Shown: piece after piece, positions 11,826-26,059 of the stretch
Numbering within the stretch: position 1 is the stretch's first letter
Layout: each line of letters starts with the position of its first letter
From: the human T2T-CHM13v2.0 reference genome, Homo sapiens
Assembly (NCBI RefSeq): GCF_009914755.1
Contig: NC_060937.1
Length of the DNA: 64,000 nt
Strand: one strand, 5' to 3'
Program-made: the position numbers and the translations under genes
Notes under the pieces: model-generated
Databases searched by the model: none
Seen by the model: only the letters and a program-made list of their open reading frames with translations
Told to the model about the DNA's origin: nothing

Positions 11826-13099
11826 GAGTATGTGCAGGCAACTTGCTTTTATCTCTTCCTTCAGATCTTGAAGACACTATGATGTGTGTAGATATAGATT
11901 TGTTTTATTTATCTTGCTTTGGGATTATTATTCTTCTTAAATCTGAGGATTCATACTTTTCAATAATTCTGGGAAGTCACCAGGCATTATTTCATCAAAT
12001 ATTGCCGTTCTCACATTTTCTCTGCCTTAATTCCAATAACGTGAACTCAAAACATTTTCATTTTTCCTTTCCTGTGTTTTTAAATGTAGATCCCTGTACA
12101 CTAAGGTCCCTAATGCTGTTTTTAATGGGAAGAAAAATTTTGAATAGGAATATCTGTAAGGGACTACACCTGCAGAAATTTAACTCAATTTAAGAATGTA
12201 TCCAACAAATACTCAGTGACCCACACACATTACTAATCCCAGAAATGGGACAGAACTTCTTACAAAAATAGTACAACATTTTTACTGTTACTATAATGCT
12301 CTTAAGCCTTACTATAAGAGTATCACCAAAGATATGCTCTAACATGGAATGACTCAGACTCTTCAGTAATTTGTTAAGTAAAATTTCTTGGACAATGTTC
12401 AAGACAAGTTTATATTCTCTAGATTTTCAGATTGCAATGTGTTCTTCTACAGAAAGGTCCACATGTGTCATGTTTTCTGTCGATGTACAATGCTTTATTG
12501 TTTTTAAATCCTTGTCAGTGAAGAAATAGTCCACGCTGGAAAACAATCCAAAAATTTTCTCCTTGACTTTAAAGTGTATCCATAGACCCCCACAGAAAAT
12601 CTGTTACCTGATATTTGGGGAACATTTCATCAAATTTGGTGATTCAATTATCTTCATAGAAAAGAATGTCAGAAGTTTTAGAATGCTGACAGAGTAGCTT
12701 CATGTGAGTCCCTCAGTGCCTCCTTTCCTGGAAAATATGAAATGGACAAAGGGCTTGAGTAGAAATAAAGTTAGACCCAGAACATAATGAGGGGAGGGGA
12801 CATATTTCTTAACATGCTGATGGATGAATGGGAAATTTAAAACTTGAGTGTTGTAAAAGCTAATGCTTTTAAGGCTAATTATCTGTAATGATAATATGTC
12901 TGTGTGCTATGTAAATAAGAACTCAAAATAAGACACATCTGTCATAATGAAATGTGACACAGGGGAGATTAAACTAATGCCTTTCTTACAGTGAGTTTTT
13001 GGATAAACTTTTTCTCTGATTAATGAAATGTTCAATTGTTTGAAATGTTTGCACTGAGACTTGGATGGAAATAAGACCAGACTGTTGCAGAGATTTTTT

Positions 13100-13288
13100 T
13101 TTTATTATTATACTTTAAGTTCTAGGGTACATGTGCACAACGTGTGGGCTTATTACATAGGTGTACATGTACCATGCTGGCCCGCTGCACCCATCAACCC
13201 GTCATTTACATTAGGTGTTTCTCCCAGTGCTATCCCTCCCTGCAACCCCCGACCCATGACAGGCCCTGGTGTGTGATGTTCCTCACCC
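13100..13288 (-). mobile_element. Very short 5'-truncated L1PA 3' end
   Basis: TTATTATACTTTAAGTTCTAGGGTACATGTGCACAACG; TSD TGCAGAGATTTTTT at 13086-13099 and 13289-13302. Confidence 0.93.
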
Positions 13289-13559
13289 TGCAGAGATTTT
13301 TTATGGATGAGTTATGCAGATTCAACCTGATTAGTTCACTGATGCTTAGCAGAGGTTACAGATGATCCATGGAGTCAGCCATTGCCATGATTTGCATAGA
13401 GGCACAAGATCATCTGGGAGCTGAAGACTGGTATCTGACAATCATGCACTGGTTTATTTACATCAAGAAGGCAATTTAGAAGAGATTCTTTTTTTTTTCC
13501 TCTCTCCCTCTCTCTCTCTCTTTCTCTCCATCTAAAAACCCTCAAAAAAAAGACAGAAA

Positions 13560-14630
13560 CTATCTTGACCCAAGCCTTACCTTCGCATCACTCTCTTCTC
13601 TCTCCTGTAACTTCAACCTCTCCCTTTTTGCTCGCTCTTTTCTATTAGCCTATAACATGTACATGTCTCTGCCATCTTAAAAAAGTAATTAACAGAAAAC
13701 AAAGAAAACCCTTTTCAAATTCTGCCTATCCATTTGGCGGCAAGTTTCTCAGTTTCTCACCCTCTTCCTTCACGTTCAACTCACTGAAAAAGTAGTGCCT
13801 TCCCACGGCTGTCTTCACTTTTATACTTTGTTTTCATTCTCCAACCTATTATAATCTGGCTTCTGCTCCAATTCAGCTCTGATATTCCTCATGCTAAGAT
13901 CACTAACAGCTACATAGGGGCTTTACTTAAGCTTTTACCTAGTTTGACCTCTTTGGTGCACCTGACGCCATTGATAACTCCCTCTCTTCTTGAAGTTCTT
14001 TATTCCCTTGGTCTCTACACTCCATTTCTCCCGCTGCAACTCAGAATCAGTCTCTTCCTCTGTCACCTCTTGGTCTGTTCTCCCCTTAAACATTGGTGAG
14101 CCCCAGGCTTCCAGCATGAGGCAGCTGCGCTGCATGCCTTGCCTGGGCGATTTTATCCTTGATCACAGCTTCCCCTTATGGCTGAGAATTCAAAATCTAT
14201 ATCAGCTCTTTAAACTTTCTCCTCAGCTTTAGAACGGCACCTCCTACACCTCACATGGAAGTTCCAATGATACCTCAAACTCAATGTGACCAAAAAGGTT
14301 TTACTTCAAAGTAGAAAAGTTTTTCCTTCTGTGTCCTTTATCCTCTCAGTTTTTCCAAACAGTAATCAACGAATCAGCTTTGTCTCCTTCTCCCCAGTGA
14401 CTGACCTTGATATCACTAAGTCCTGTAAATTTACAGGACTACCCTACCCCTACCATACGTGTCCCTTTCTCTCTATTTTCATTGTCACTGCTGCAGTTCA
14501 TATGCTTATTGTCTCTTGCCTGATATTTATTTCCTAACTAGGCTCCCTGTCATATTTGCTCTCTGCCAGTTCATTTATCTTACTTCAGCCAGAGTGATCT
14601 GACTGAAGTTGCAAGTGTCAATCTGTCATT
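13560..14630 (+). mobile_element. L2 LINE remnant
   Basis: Pyrimidine-rich L2 ORF2/3' motifs (CTCCTCTCTTCTTGAAG, CCTCAAACTCAATGTG, CAGCCAGAGTGATCT). Confidence 0.7.
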
Positions 14631-14654
14631 GAAACCTCTCCATATTGGGCATTT

Positions 14655-15130
14655 CATATGTACCTCCTCAGACTCTTTCAGCCTCCGTCTCCTAGGCCTC
14701 TGCCACTTGCTCTGTCTCAGCCATTAGCACTTCAAACATCTCCATGCACACCTGTAGAGATCTCCAAGCCAAGGCCTGGAGCTTCTGGCCCCTCTCCACT
14801 GCTTCCAGACTCAAACGAAGCCCCATGTCCAGACCCTCGGAGAAGCAAGTGCCAAGGTGAAATTGGACATGCAAGCCCGTGATGCAGATCTGCCCCTGAT
14901 TGAAAGAGAAAGAGAAAAAGAAAGAAGGGAGGGTGAGTGGAAGCATCTTAGGCTGCGGTGCAATTCTAAGGGAAGTTTGGCAGGGTCATTGGAAAGTTCC
15001 CAAGCTAAAGTCTCCTGTCTCTTAGGAACAGACCTGCTTTAGTATCTCTGCTCTGTTCAGTCACTGAGAGCAGGCAGAAGGAAGCATGGTCTCTACGGTG
15101 TTGCATATTTTCAGATCATCAAGTCAGACT
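14655..15130. mobile_element. ERVL-class LTR (LTR16/LTR33-like)
   Basis: Motif GACCTGCTTTAGTATCTCTGCTCTGTTCAGTCACTGAGAGCAGGCAGAAGGAAGCATGGTCTC recalled from LTR16/33 consensus. Confidence 0.5.
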
Positions 15131-15134
15131 GTTA

Positions 15135-16760
15135 GCCAGACATGGCGGCAACCCACCAGATGACAGAACTGGCACACACAAAAGGGGGCTGGACCAGGTC
15201 CAAAATTATGAGTAAATTACCATTAACTGCTGATCAGACTGCATACGAACTACTTCTACTGCACCAGCGCCTCACCTTCAACCCATGGGTTTCTGCTGAC
15301 CAACTCACAGAGGAAGAAAAGGCAAGCCTGGCTCACAGGTACAGAGTACTATGCTGGTGTGCTAAAAATTGACAGTTGTTGTATTATATCCTCAGTTGTA
15401 AGAGACCCTGAAAGATGTTCTGGTGAGATGACCCTGAATGGTCTCCTCATCTAGCCCATTGCTTGTGCAATGGGTCCATGAACAGAGTGGCCAAGATGGA
15501 AGGAATGAAGACCAGCCTGGGCCTAATAACCAGGGCTTCTTGGCATTATGGCCACTTAGCAGTGGCCAGTGTGCCAACTGAAGGGACTGAAGCTGTGCCC
15601 TCAACCCCACACCATTCTTTGAGGTATCTGCCAACTACCTACCTAGTGGCAAGTCAATTATATCAGGCCACTTACACACTGGAGCGGACAGTGAGCATTA
15701 ATTCATTCTGAAATTGATACATACTCTGAATGTTGGATTGCCTTTCCTAGCTGCAGTGTCTCTATTAGCACCCCCGCCAAAGCACTTATAGAATGCTTTA
15801 TCATTCAACATGTTTTCCACACAGTGTTCCCTTCAGCGGTGCAATTTTCTACAGCAAAGGTGCTGCAAAAATGGACTTCAGACCAGGAAACTCCCTAATA
15901 ATACCATGTATGCCATCATCTGGAAACAGTCAGCCCATAAAATGATGAACAGCCTGTTGAAGGCTCAGCTGTGGGTCTGACGTCTTGCAGCGTCTGACAC
16001 CTTTGTTGTCTTTGAGGAGTGACATATGGACTAAATCAACAGCTGATAATATAGTACTTTACCTCCAATACTAAGAATATTAGGTCCAGGAAGCGAGGGA
16101 AGTAGAAGTGACCCCACCTCACCATCAAACACAAGGGCCCATTTACAGCAATTGTGTTTCTCCTCCCTACAATCTAAGATCCTGCCCAATTAGAGGTCCT
16201 GGTTCTCAGGGAAAGAACACGTCTGCCAGTGTATCTAAGAGTTGCATTGAACTTGAACTTGTGACTACCACCTGTTCACTTTGGGCTTTCATGATAGTAG
16301 TTCAACTGGCAAGGAAATGATTTGCTGTTTTATTGAAATAATTAAGGAGTTGGTGTTACCACCACAGAATGGAGTCACAGAGGATGACGACTGAAACCAC
16401 CTAGGGGAATCACCGGGTCTCTCTCAGTACTTCCATGCCCCCTGATAATGGTGAATGGAAAAATGCAGCAATCACAGCCTAAAATATACAGGACAAATAA
16501 AGCATCAGACCACTTGAAGTTCTGAATCACTGCACCAGGAAAGCAAATTAGACCACCTGAGAGTTGTCTAATGCAGGAAATACAGAATGGGTAATAGAGG
16601 AGAGAAGGTATAAATGCCAATTAGAGTCTCAGGACCAGTCCCAATGCAGAAATTGTAGCTTATTTCACTATCTTGCCTTAAGTATTTTAGGAAATCACAA
16701 CTAGTAACTATCTTGAGGAGACTCTGTGACTGACTGACTGACTTGTACCTCCCCTCTTTG
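15135..16760 (+). mobile_element. ERVL internal pol remnant (RNase H/integrase/dUTPase)
   Basis: Frame-shifted integrase motifs QWVHEQSG, WQVNYIRPL and IDTYSECWIAFP, plus a dUTPase-like segment at ~16250-16330. Confidence 0.75.
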
Positions 16761-16769
16761 AGAAGCAAT

Positions 16770-17745
16770 GAGACTGATGTGATCTTTACAAATTACATGA
16801 ATGCATTAAATAATCACAAGTACCCCAAAACTATGTACTCTACTATACATCAGTTTAAAATATATGGTAGGCTCTTTTTTTATTTATTTATTTATTTAGA
16901 TGGACTCTGGCTCTGTTGCCCAGGCTGGAGTGCAGTGGCAGTATCTCTGCTCACTGTGACCTCCTCCTCCCGGGTTCAAGTGATTGTTCTGCCTCAGCCT
17001 CCTGAGTAGCTGGGATTACAGGCACACACTACCACACTCAGCTAATTTTTGGATTTTTAGTAGAAATGGGGTTTCACCATGTTGACCAGGCTGGTCTCGA
17101 CCACCTGACCTCAAGGGATTTGCCCATCTCAGCCTCCCAAAGTGCTGGGATTACAGGTGGGAGCCACCACACCCAGCCAAAAAAATATAGTAGACTCTTT
17201 TACAATACTTTGCAACAGAATAGAGAATAATCTTTTGAATGACACAGGTCTTTTTGGCTATTTGTGGCAATGTATGCTGAATATTTGCTTAGTATAAAGG
17301 CATTATATATATTTATTATACAATACATCATGCTCCAAATGTGCTGTCTTTGTCTGTGATGACAAGTGTTTGGAAGATGTTTTCAAATATAGAAACACCC
17401 TTAATCACTTCCTTCAGGGTAAAGCCACCATTTTAATAATGAATGAGAAAATAACTGCTTGTTGGAAGAATCAAACTATGGGGAGAATATTTTGAAAAAT
17501 GGATGTGTGGAATTATTTCCATCATTGTATGATCATACAACTGAAAATAATGTATGCCACCTGTAACAACTCTCCTATATGATTGCTTCTTAAAAGTTGA
17601 AAATAAATGTTTCAAACCAGTTTTTAAATCTTCCACATATGGAATTTCAGTGAGTCTGGACCCATCTGTAAAAATATATCAAATGCTGGTCCTTTTGATG
17701 ACTTTGTACAAACAACTGATGGATATCAGGGAAGATGGACACCAA
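16770..17745 (+). mobile_element. hAT-Charlie transposase fragment (split by Alu)
   Basis: RLFTILCN across the Alu site, LNHFLQGKATILIMNEKITA, and QLMDIREDG. Confidence 0.65.
16875..17178 (-). mobile_element. Alu (AluS-type)
   Basis: Full Alu with (TTTA)n lead and imperfect TSD GTAG(G/A)CTCTTT. Confidence 0.95.
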
Positions 17746-18929
17746 CCAGATATTCTGCTAGAACCTGGAGATTTTTCTTAACATCTATCCTGTTCTTCTC
17801 AAGCTTTCCTAATTCTGTCCTAATTCTGTCTTCTCTGTAGAAAAGACAGCAATATAATGGACAGTCTATACTCTGCTCTTATAAGCTCAAGTAATTTTAG
17901 TACAAATTCCAAGGACAGAAATAAAGAGATTAGTCTAAGTTTAAACTCTGCTACTAATTAGCCATGTGCCAAGCAAGTCATTCTGGTGAGAGGGGGTTCA
18001 AGTTCTGTCACTAAACAATCATGACATTGTATGACTTCACAGCAGCTGCCAAATTTGCAAATGCAAGATGGGACTGCTGCCAACTGATAAGCCCACTTCA
18101 GAGAAGGCAGCAGGAAAACCCATGCCACCTTTCCAAAGAACGCAAAAGGAGCTACATTCATATGACCCTCCCTTGACATTTGGGGGTAGAAGAGAAGGAG
18201 GGTCTGTCCCTGTGTGTCACACCACTCAGGAGTGATGGTCAGGCTCAAGGAAGTGTCTTTGGATTTGCTGAGCCACAATCCAAAGCCTAATTATGATGCA
18301 TTACAATAATCAAACTCTTTTTTGCCTGTTTGGTTTTCTTCCCCAAGTCTCTATGTTTAGGATCTTATTTGAATTGAAATCTTTGGAATTAAATGTTATA
18401 GACAGTGATACATACAATATGGGATAGTTCTTGTAAAATATAATGAACTGTAAAACCTTGTCATGATTTCAGCTTAAAATATTATTCTATGCCAGGGCAA
18501 ATGTCAAAGACAATCATCTCCTTTTATTAAGCATTACCTAGAAGATGGATAATATTTAATATGTGTGATGACAAATCTACAAAGAAAAAGAAACACCAAA
18601 AGACTGTTCTCAGACTCTGTGATGTTCCACTGTTTAAACACACAGATATCTGTGATATCACAATGTTTAAACAAAATAAAATACCATTTCATATGTAAAG
18701 CAAGAATGCTAATCTCCAGATATAGAAGTTATAGGAATTCTTCCTTAAAAAAAAGAAGGTATTCCAAAAGTAAATTCTTATATTAATATTAATTCATTTA
18801 CTTTTAAAAAGTCAATGTCAGCAGCTGTGCTTGCTAAGATACAAAATTTAAAACCACAGCGAGGAGATAAAATGTAATGGGAATGAATGGGAAAACCCTT
18901 GTTTGCCAATATTTTAAAGTCTCCTCTCT

Positions 18930-19060
18930 AGAAAGTAACTTCCTGGAGGCAGAACTATATTGCTTTTACTCATTTTTGCATCCCCAGAACTTTTCAACCA
19001 CGCCTGGGACATAATAGTTATTTTATAAGTACTTGTTCAATGGATAAATAAATGAATGAA
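18930..19060 (+). mobile_element. L2 3' end
   Basis: CTTCCTGGAGGCAG...GCCTGGGACATAATAG...AATAAATGAATGAA tail. Confidence 0.65.
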
Positions 19061-19176
19061 GTTAGGCAGCCATTAAATTTATTTCAAAGGGGAATTACCA
19101 AAAGCAGGCCACACAATTGTTTAGTGACAGAGATCAAACTCGCTTTCAATGGAATGATTTGCTTGGCATATGGCTA

Positions 19177-19557
<381 letters not shown>

Positions 19558-21216
19558 AAAATTACCTGAGCGTACAAGAGCAGAGATTGTCCTTATACTG
19601 CTGTGATGAGCTCTTCTCTAGCTACCTTCCAACAGCTGCAATAGGAAATAGGAAAGCCAAGGTTGAACACCTCAAGCTTCTTAAGCCCACCAGGAAGAAA
19701 AGAAGAGGGCAAAGCTTAAATGGAAGAGGGAGCAGATCTTGGAAGAGGAAGGAAGAGGAGGAGAGGGGTCCAAGATCATTCTAATGTGACGAGAGGATTG
19801 GACACAAGTTTCACAATTTGCTTCATTTCCTTTGAATTAATGTTCTCTGGGACCCTTCTCAGTACTAACTTTCAATACCAAAGAACTAAATAAAATCCTA
19901 AATGTCAAAAAAAACCTAATTGTTTTCTACAGACAATGTCTATCATATGATTGAGCCTAAAGGAGATGCACAGCTTAAACACCAAGCTGAAAATAACATC
20001 CCATATGAATTAGGTGTTTTTCTTTTTCCCAACTACATACTTCTTGACTAACAGATATAGTACATTCCACATCTTACTGAAAAGACTAGATGATTTTTAC
20101 TTTACTGGAAAAAAATTAAACGAAAGTTTCAATTTTTATTCAAAGGCATGTGAGGGGGGAAGGAAACCAATTGTAAAACACAGATAATATTTAAACCTTA
20201 AAGAAAATTGGAATATTTTATTTGTTTTTCAATAAATTATAAAAAGAGATGATTTAATGAGAAAGCAGTTGTTAGTACACATGGTAGAAAAGCAATACGC
20301 TCTTTAGCTTTAGTAGAGCTAATGATGTAATTGTCATCAGCAGATTACCCAAACCCAGAGCTGTAGGATTTCCTAGTTCAGTCATGAAAATAAGCAGGGT
20401 TCAGGCATCAGGGAAGAATGTAGGAGCATTGCCCTTTTATGTCATGGTTTTTTTATTCTTCATAGTAATTTTTATGGGCTGGGGGAGGTGGAAAGGCTGT
20501 AAGTTGTTGACACAAAAGCCAAACTCTGTAAAATATTTAGAGAGATCTATTCTGAGCCAAATGTGAGCACCATGACCCATGACACAGCCTCAGGAGGTCC
20601 TGAAAATATGTGCCCCCAAGGTGGTTGGCTTACAGCTTGGTTTTATGTATTTTAGGGAGACATAAGGCATCCGTCAATACATGTAAGATATAGATTGGTT
20701 TGGTCCAGAAAGGCAAGACAACTCGCAGTGGGGGCTTCCAGGTCATAGGTGGTTTCAAAGTTTTTCTAATTAGCAATTGGTTGAACAAGTTAAGTTATTG
20801 TCTAAAGACCTGTAATCAATAGAAAGAAGTGTCTGGGTTAAGATAAGGGGCTGTGGAGACCAAAGGTCTTATTATGTAGATGAAATCTGATAGGTGGCCA
20901 CCCTTAGAGGCAATAGATGACAAATGTTTCCTATTCAGACCCTTAAAAGGTATTAGACTGCCAGCTAATCTCTTCAGGATCAGAAAAAGACCTATAGAGA
21001 AAAATGGATTCTCTACAGAATGTAAGTTTTCCCCACAAGAGACAGCTTTGCAGGGCCATTTCAAAATATGACAAAGGATTATATTTGGGACAAAATACTT
21101 TGATTTCTTTCAGAGCCTGCTATCTGTCCTGTGATGCTCTACTAGAGTCAGATTGGAATTTGGTATCTATTTGGTATCTTATTGCTACAAAGAGTCTGTT
21201 TGTCAGTCTTAAGATC

Positions 21217-21522
21217 TTTTTTTTTTTTTTTTTTTTTTTGAGACAGAGTCTCGCTCTGTTGCCCAGGCTGGAGTGCAGTGGCACTATCTCGGCTCACTGC
21301 AACCTCTGCCTTCTAGGTTCAAGTGATTCTCCCGCCTCAGTCTCCTGAGTAGCTAGGATTACAGGCACGCGCCACCACACCCCGCTAATTTTTTGTATTT
21401 TTAGTAGAAACGGGGTTTCACCATGATGGCCAGGCTGATCTCGAACTCCTGACCTCAAGTGATCCACCCGCCTTAGCCTCCCAAAGTGCTGGTATAACAG
21501 GTGTGAGCCACTGTGCCCTGCC
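21217..21522 (-). mobile_element. Alu (AluS-type) inside MER4 LTR
   Basis: Long poly-T lead; TSD AAGATCT. Confidence 0.95.
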
Positions 21523-21664
21523 AAGATCTCTATTTTTATGTTAATGCTGGTCAGTTGTGCCTGAATTCCAAAGGGAGGAGGGCATAGTGAGGCAAGTCCA
21601 CCTCCTCTTCCTGTCATGTCTTGAACTAGATTTTCAGGTTTCTTTGGAATCTCCTTGGCCATAG

Positions 21665-22246
21665 TGAAGCAGCTTTGTTGTCTGGGGTAAATACCAGGGG
21701 TTCATAGCTTCACGACAAGAAAATTTAGGGCACAGACACACACACAAGGGATTTAGGAGCAGAGGTTTAATAGGCAGAAGAAAGAGAAGGAAAACAGCTC
21801 TCTCTCTAGTGAGAGACAGGGTTCCCAGAGGAAAAGGCCACCAGCCAAGGAGTTCACCAGATTTTATAGGCAGGCTTGAGGAGGCAGTGTCTGATTTACA
21901 TAGGGCCCACAGATTGGTTCAATCAGGTGTGACATTTACATAGCACATGGGAAAGACTGGCCACTCCACCCTAATCTTATTATGCAAATGGACTTCCCCC
22001 AGCCAGTGCCACCTTGTCTGCTCCTTATTATACACGTGGCTGACAAAGAAAAGGGAAGATGGAGCCGCCATTTTGAACATGATTGGCACAACTGCCAGCA
22101 TCTATGTCTGCAGCTCGATTTTACAGGCTGCTCTTAGTTAAAAAGGAAAATGTTTTTGGGCTGCTTTTCATTAAAAGGAAAACCTTACCGAGGACTTCCA
22201 TAGCGTCACTATCTGCCTAAGTAATTTCTTTTTAACTCCCATATCA
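21665..22246 (-). mobile_element. MER51-like ERV1 solo LTR nested in MER4 LTR
   Basis: Minus strand TGATATGGGAGTTAAAAAGAAATTACTTAGGCAGATAGTG...GCTTCA; 4-bp TSD ATAG. Confidence 0.8.
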
Positions 22247-22441
22247 ATAGGAGGGGTTCATTCAGTTGGTTGGAGGGCTTAGAATTTATTTTTGGTACAA
22301 AGTGAAAATGAGAGTTACTTCCAGGGAAATGGCTTGTTGCACGCTCAATAGAAAATCCAGTGCCCCTCTCTCAAAATCTATGCAATAATGTTTATTGGTG
22401 TTTTCTCCACCTGGGGTAGATGGCTCTTAACTCTCTCTCTG

Positions 22442-22716
22442 TTTTTTGGAGACGGAGTCTTACTCTATCACCCAGGCTGGAGTGCAGTGGTGTGATCTTG
22501 ACTCACTGCAACCTCCACCTCCTGAGTTCAAGCAATTCTCCTGCCTTAGTCTCCCGCCTGAGTAGCTGGGACTACAGTGTGCACCACCACACCTGGCTAA
22601 TTTTTGTAGTTTTAGTAGAGATGGGGTTTCACCATGTTGGCCAGGCTGGTATCGAACTCCTGACCTCCAGTGATCTGCCTGCGTCAGCCTCCCAAAGTGC
22701 TGGGATTACAGGAGTG
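22442..22716 (-). mobile_element. Alu (AluS-type, slightly 5'-truncated)
   Basis: Alu consensus match. Confidence 0.92.
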
Positions 22717-24495
22717 ATCTTACTCTCTTTTTACAGCAAAGACTATTACACTGTCCAATCATTTCCAAGTTATATCCCTTGAGAATTACAAAGAATGTTA
22801 ATAGATGCTACTAGAAAAACAAAACTTGTTATTAAAAAGCTTGAGAGTCTTAAAGAAAAATGTAAAACACTTTAGGATATTTCAGGGTTATGACACGAAA
22901 TCCTGATTTGGGTTTATAATCTGGCTGCTGCCTGAATCTGTAGCCTGTCCCTGAATTCCTCCCATTTAAACTTCCAGAACCCATCAGCTCTCAGCACCTT
23001 CAAGTTGGCGCCTCCCTGCACACTGGCCTGGCTGCTGTCACTCTGCCAAGTCCCACCCAGGTTCTGCATGTCTGTGCTTCCACCATAGCTCAGTTCTCCT
23101 GACTCTTCACTTCTGTCCCTCACATGCCTCACGCTACTACTATAGAAATGTTTGTTGAAGAAATGGATGAATGAATGAAGCCTTTCACCTAACAGAAGGA
23201 TGGGGATGAGGAAGGCAGGGTCTTAATATCAATGGAATATTAAAGAAAAACTCTTAACTATGCTCTTCAGCTCTTGGTTTTTCATGTGATACATTATGCA
23301 TCCTGATTAAATCACTAAGGAACAGGCCAAAACCCTACCTGCTTATGGTAAAGAGAAAATTTTACTTTTATTTTTAACTCTATTAGACATGTAAATATCC
23401 TACAGCATAAAATCTATACAAATATATTCTTCCTCCCACCTGTGACTCGTTCTTCTATGAATCAACTTTTCTATTACTACTAGATTCTCTTTCTTGACAC
23501 ATGAGCACTCTAATTAATGAGAAGCTGATTTTTTTTCAGTACCACAGAAATTTTTTTTAAGGGTAAGGGGAAAAATCTATTCCAACAAAATGTCAGCCCA
23601 TGGTAGAGTGGAAGGTGTATGCCTACGAAGCAGGACATACAAGTCCAAATGGGTATTCTGCATTCAGGATTTAGGAACTGGAAAATTGCTCTATGCAAAT
23701 GAACCCATATCACCAATAATCTGTGTCTCCATGCCTACATGAAACTTCCAAATCCTCACAGGCTCCGTCACTTCACTTTATCCTGTACTGCAATCCCACA
23801 GGGCTGCCATCACCAGTACTGAACTGCTAATGAATTTTTCCTGCCCCTCTGCTCAAGTACAGCTGAAAGATTGTGTGCTGAAACTTCTAATTAGTAAGAG
23901 GCAATAAACAAGGACTGCAATAATTGTCTGAAATCACACACCAGGAGGTCTGCTTTTCACTTGCTCATCCAATCGTTTTTGTGTCCCCCTTGAGTTTAAT
24001 ATAATCCCAACTTCAAAGTTAAGACATGTCCTAACTTACTATTTATATGAATTATGTTCATGAGAATCAGGGCTGTATGTATGCACGGAGAAGGTAACCA
24101 TCTATCTTGTATGACCACCTATATGTTGTGCTTTCCTTCTCAAAAAGATTACCACTCTCATCTAACCTGAAAAATTGAGAAATAGAATCTAAGATAAGAC
24201 TTGTCTTCCTGGAAAGTTCTATTGGGTTTGGCCTTGTGCAATGTAAAGCATTCATATTAAAATTACATTGACATAACTCCCCTATGTATACACTGAGTCA
24301 CACTTGCATGAAGGTGCTAGGTACCTAAACAGTCGAATTATTTTGTAAAAAGAAGACCGTGCCCCACTCAAAACTTCATAATTTGGTTAGTGATAGAACT
24401 GCTTTGAATAATACAGCCATAAAACTTAGCCTTGAAATTATCTTGACTTTATGAAGTTGCAATCAATAAATACTAAAGAAATGTCTAAAGGCATC

Positions 24496-24968
24496 TATAT
24501 TCACTTCTTGTGGCTGCTGTAACAAATTTCCACAAACTTGGTGGCTAAAAACAACACAAATTTATTCTCTCACCATTCTGGAGGCCAGAGGTCTGAAATC
24601 AAAATATTGGTAGGGCCATGCTCCCTCTGCAGGCTCTTAGGGAAGAATTCTTGCTTGCCTCCTCTAGCTTCTAGTGGCAGTTGGCATTCCTTGGCTCATG
24701 GCTGCATTCCTCCAATCTCTGCCTCCATCTTCACATCATTATCTCCTCCTGTGTCAGTCTTTAATCTCCCTCTGCCTCTCTTTTACTAAGATACATGTGA
24801 TTGCATTTAGGGCCCAACTGGTTAATCCAGGATAACCTCCTCATCTTCAGATCCTTAAATTAATCACACCTACAAAGACCCTTTCTCCAAATAAGGTAAC
24901 ATTCACAGGTTCTGGAGATTAGCACATGAATATTTTGGGGAGAAGGGAACATTTTTCAGCCTACTGTA
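24496..24968 (-). mobile_element. MLT1B/C solo LTR
   Basis: GGCTGCTGTAACAAATT...TTCTGGAGGCCAGAGGTCTGAAATC...CCAAATAAGGTAACATTCACAGG. Confidence 0.85.
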
Positions 24969-25640
24969 ATATCTGAGTGTTTCCTTAAGAATCATGAGTG
25001 ATGTTTTCAGTGAGGAATACTTTGGTTTGCCTCAGGTTTGGCAATATAGAAAGAGAGGATTAGGGTTTAATCAATGCATACAAGGCAAATATTATTCCTA
25101 ATTCAATATTCAGTTCAGTATCTAGTATGGAGATATGGTGTCTGACAAACCAGTCCCAAGCACTGTCTTTATGTTCAAAGCAAAATCAAACCCAATTTGC
25201 TTCTTTCAGTGCAGTTTGTCTGCATTATCCCAGGATCAGGAATTGCTCACTTTATTACCCTGGGGCCATGTTTCTAAGACACAATCAACATTTTTCACAC
25301 ATTCAATTCCAATTAATTCTACCTATTTTGCAGAAGAATATTTGATATAATATTAAGAAAATATAGAGTTGTTTTTCACAAAACCTGTCACATAATCACC
25401 CCCAAATTTGCTCCAGTTTACCTTCAGTGCCATATTATTATGTTTCCTGTGTGTGCCATGATATTTTTTTAAAAGATTGAGTAGCCCTGATACAGAGAAA
25501 TAAGTAGGCTAAAAACAGGTCCTTATGGAATATCTACCTTGCAAGAGAGGGGTTGATGAAGAAGAGAGCAAGAGCAGCTATCCGGCATTTGGGAAACAGA
25601 CTCCTCCTCATAAGGTAGAAAATTCCCTGAATTACATTTA

Positions 25641-26059
<419 letters not shown>

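Larger units (their letters stand above)
6560..12075 (-). mobile_element. Old L1M-type LINE (ORF2/ORF1 remnants), fragmented by younger insertions
   Basis: Decayed ORF2-like sequence at 6560-6720, 8510-9610 and 10830-11100. ORF1-like peptide NNIFKMLKENNY...HLAKIAFKKESKMRYF at 11495-11640. Confidence 0.7.
20505..22299 (-). mobile_element. MER4-family ERV1 solo LTR (interrupted by Alu and a MER51-like LTR)
   Basis: MER4 motifs (CTATTCTGAGCCAAATGTGAG...CCATGACACAGCCTCAGGAGGTCCTG; CTTAGAATTTATTTTTGGTACA); 4-bp TSD AAGT. Confidence 0.85.

Noticed and set aside
12418-12610. Possible exon (splice-like CAGGTAACAG on minus, TTTTCAG on plus)
   Set aside because: No consistent frame or recognisable protein; cannot be supported without transcript data.
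24067-24255. Minus-strand acceptor-like TTTTTCAG with short ORF
   Set aside because: No good donor or homology; a lncRNA exon cannot be shown from sequence alone.
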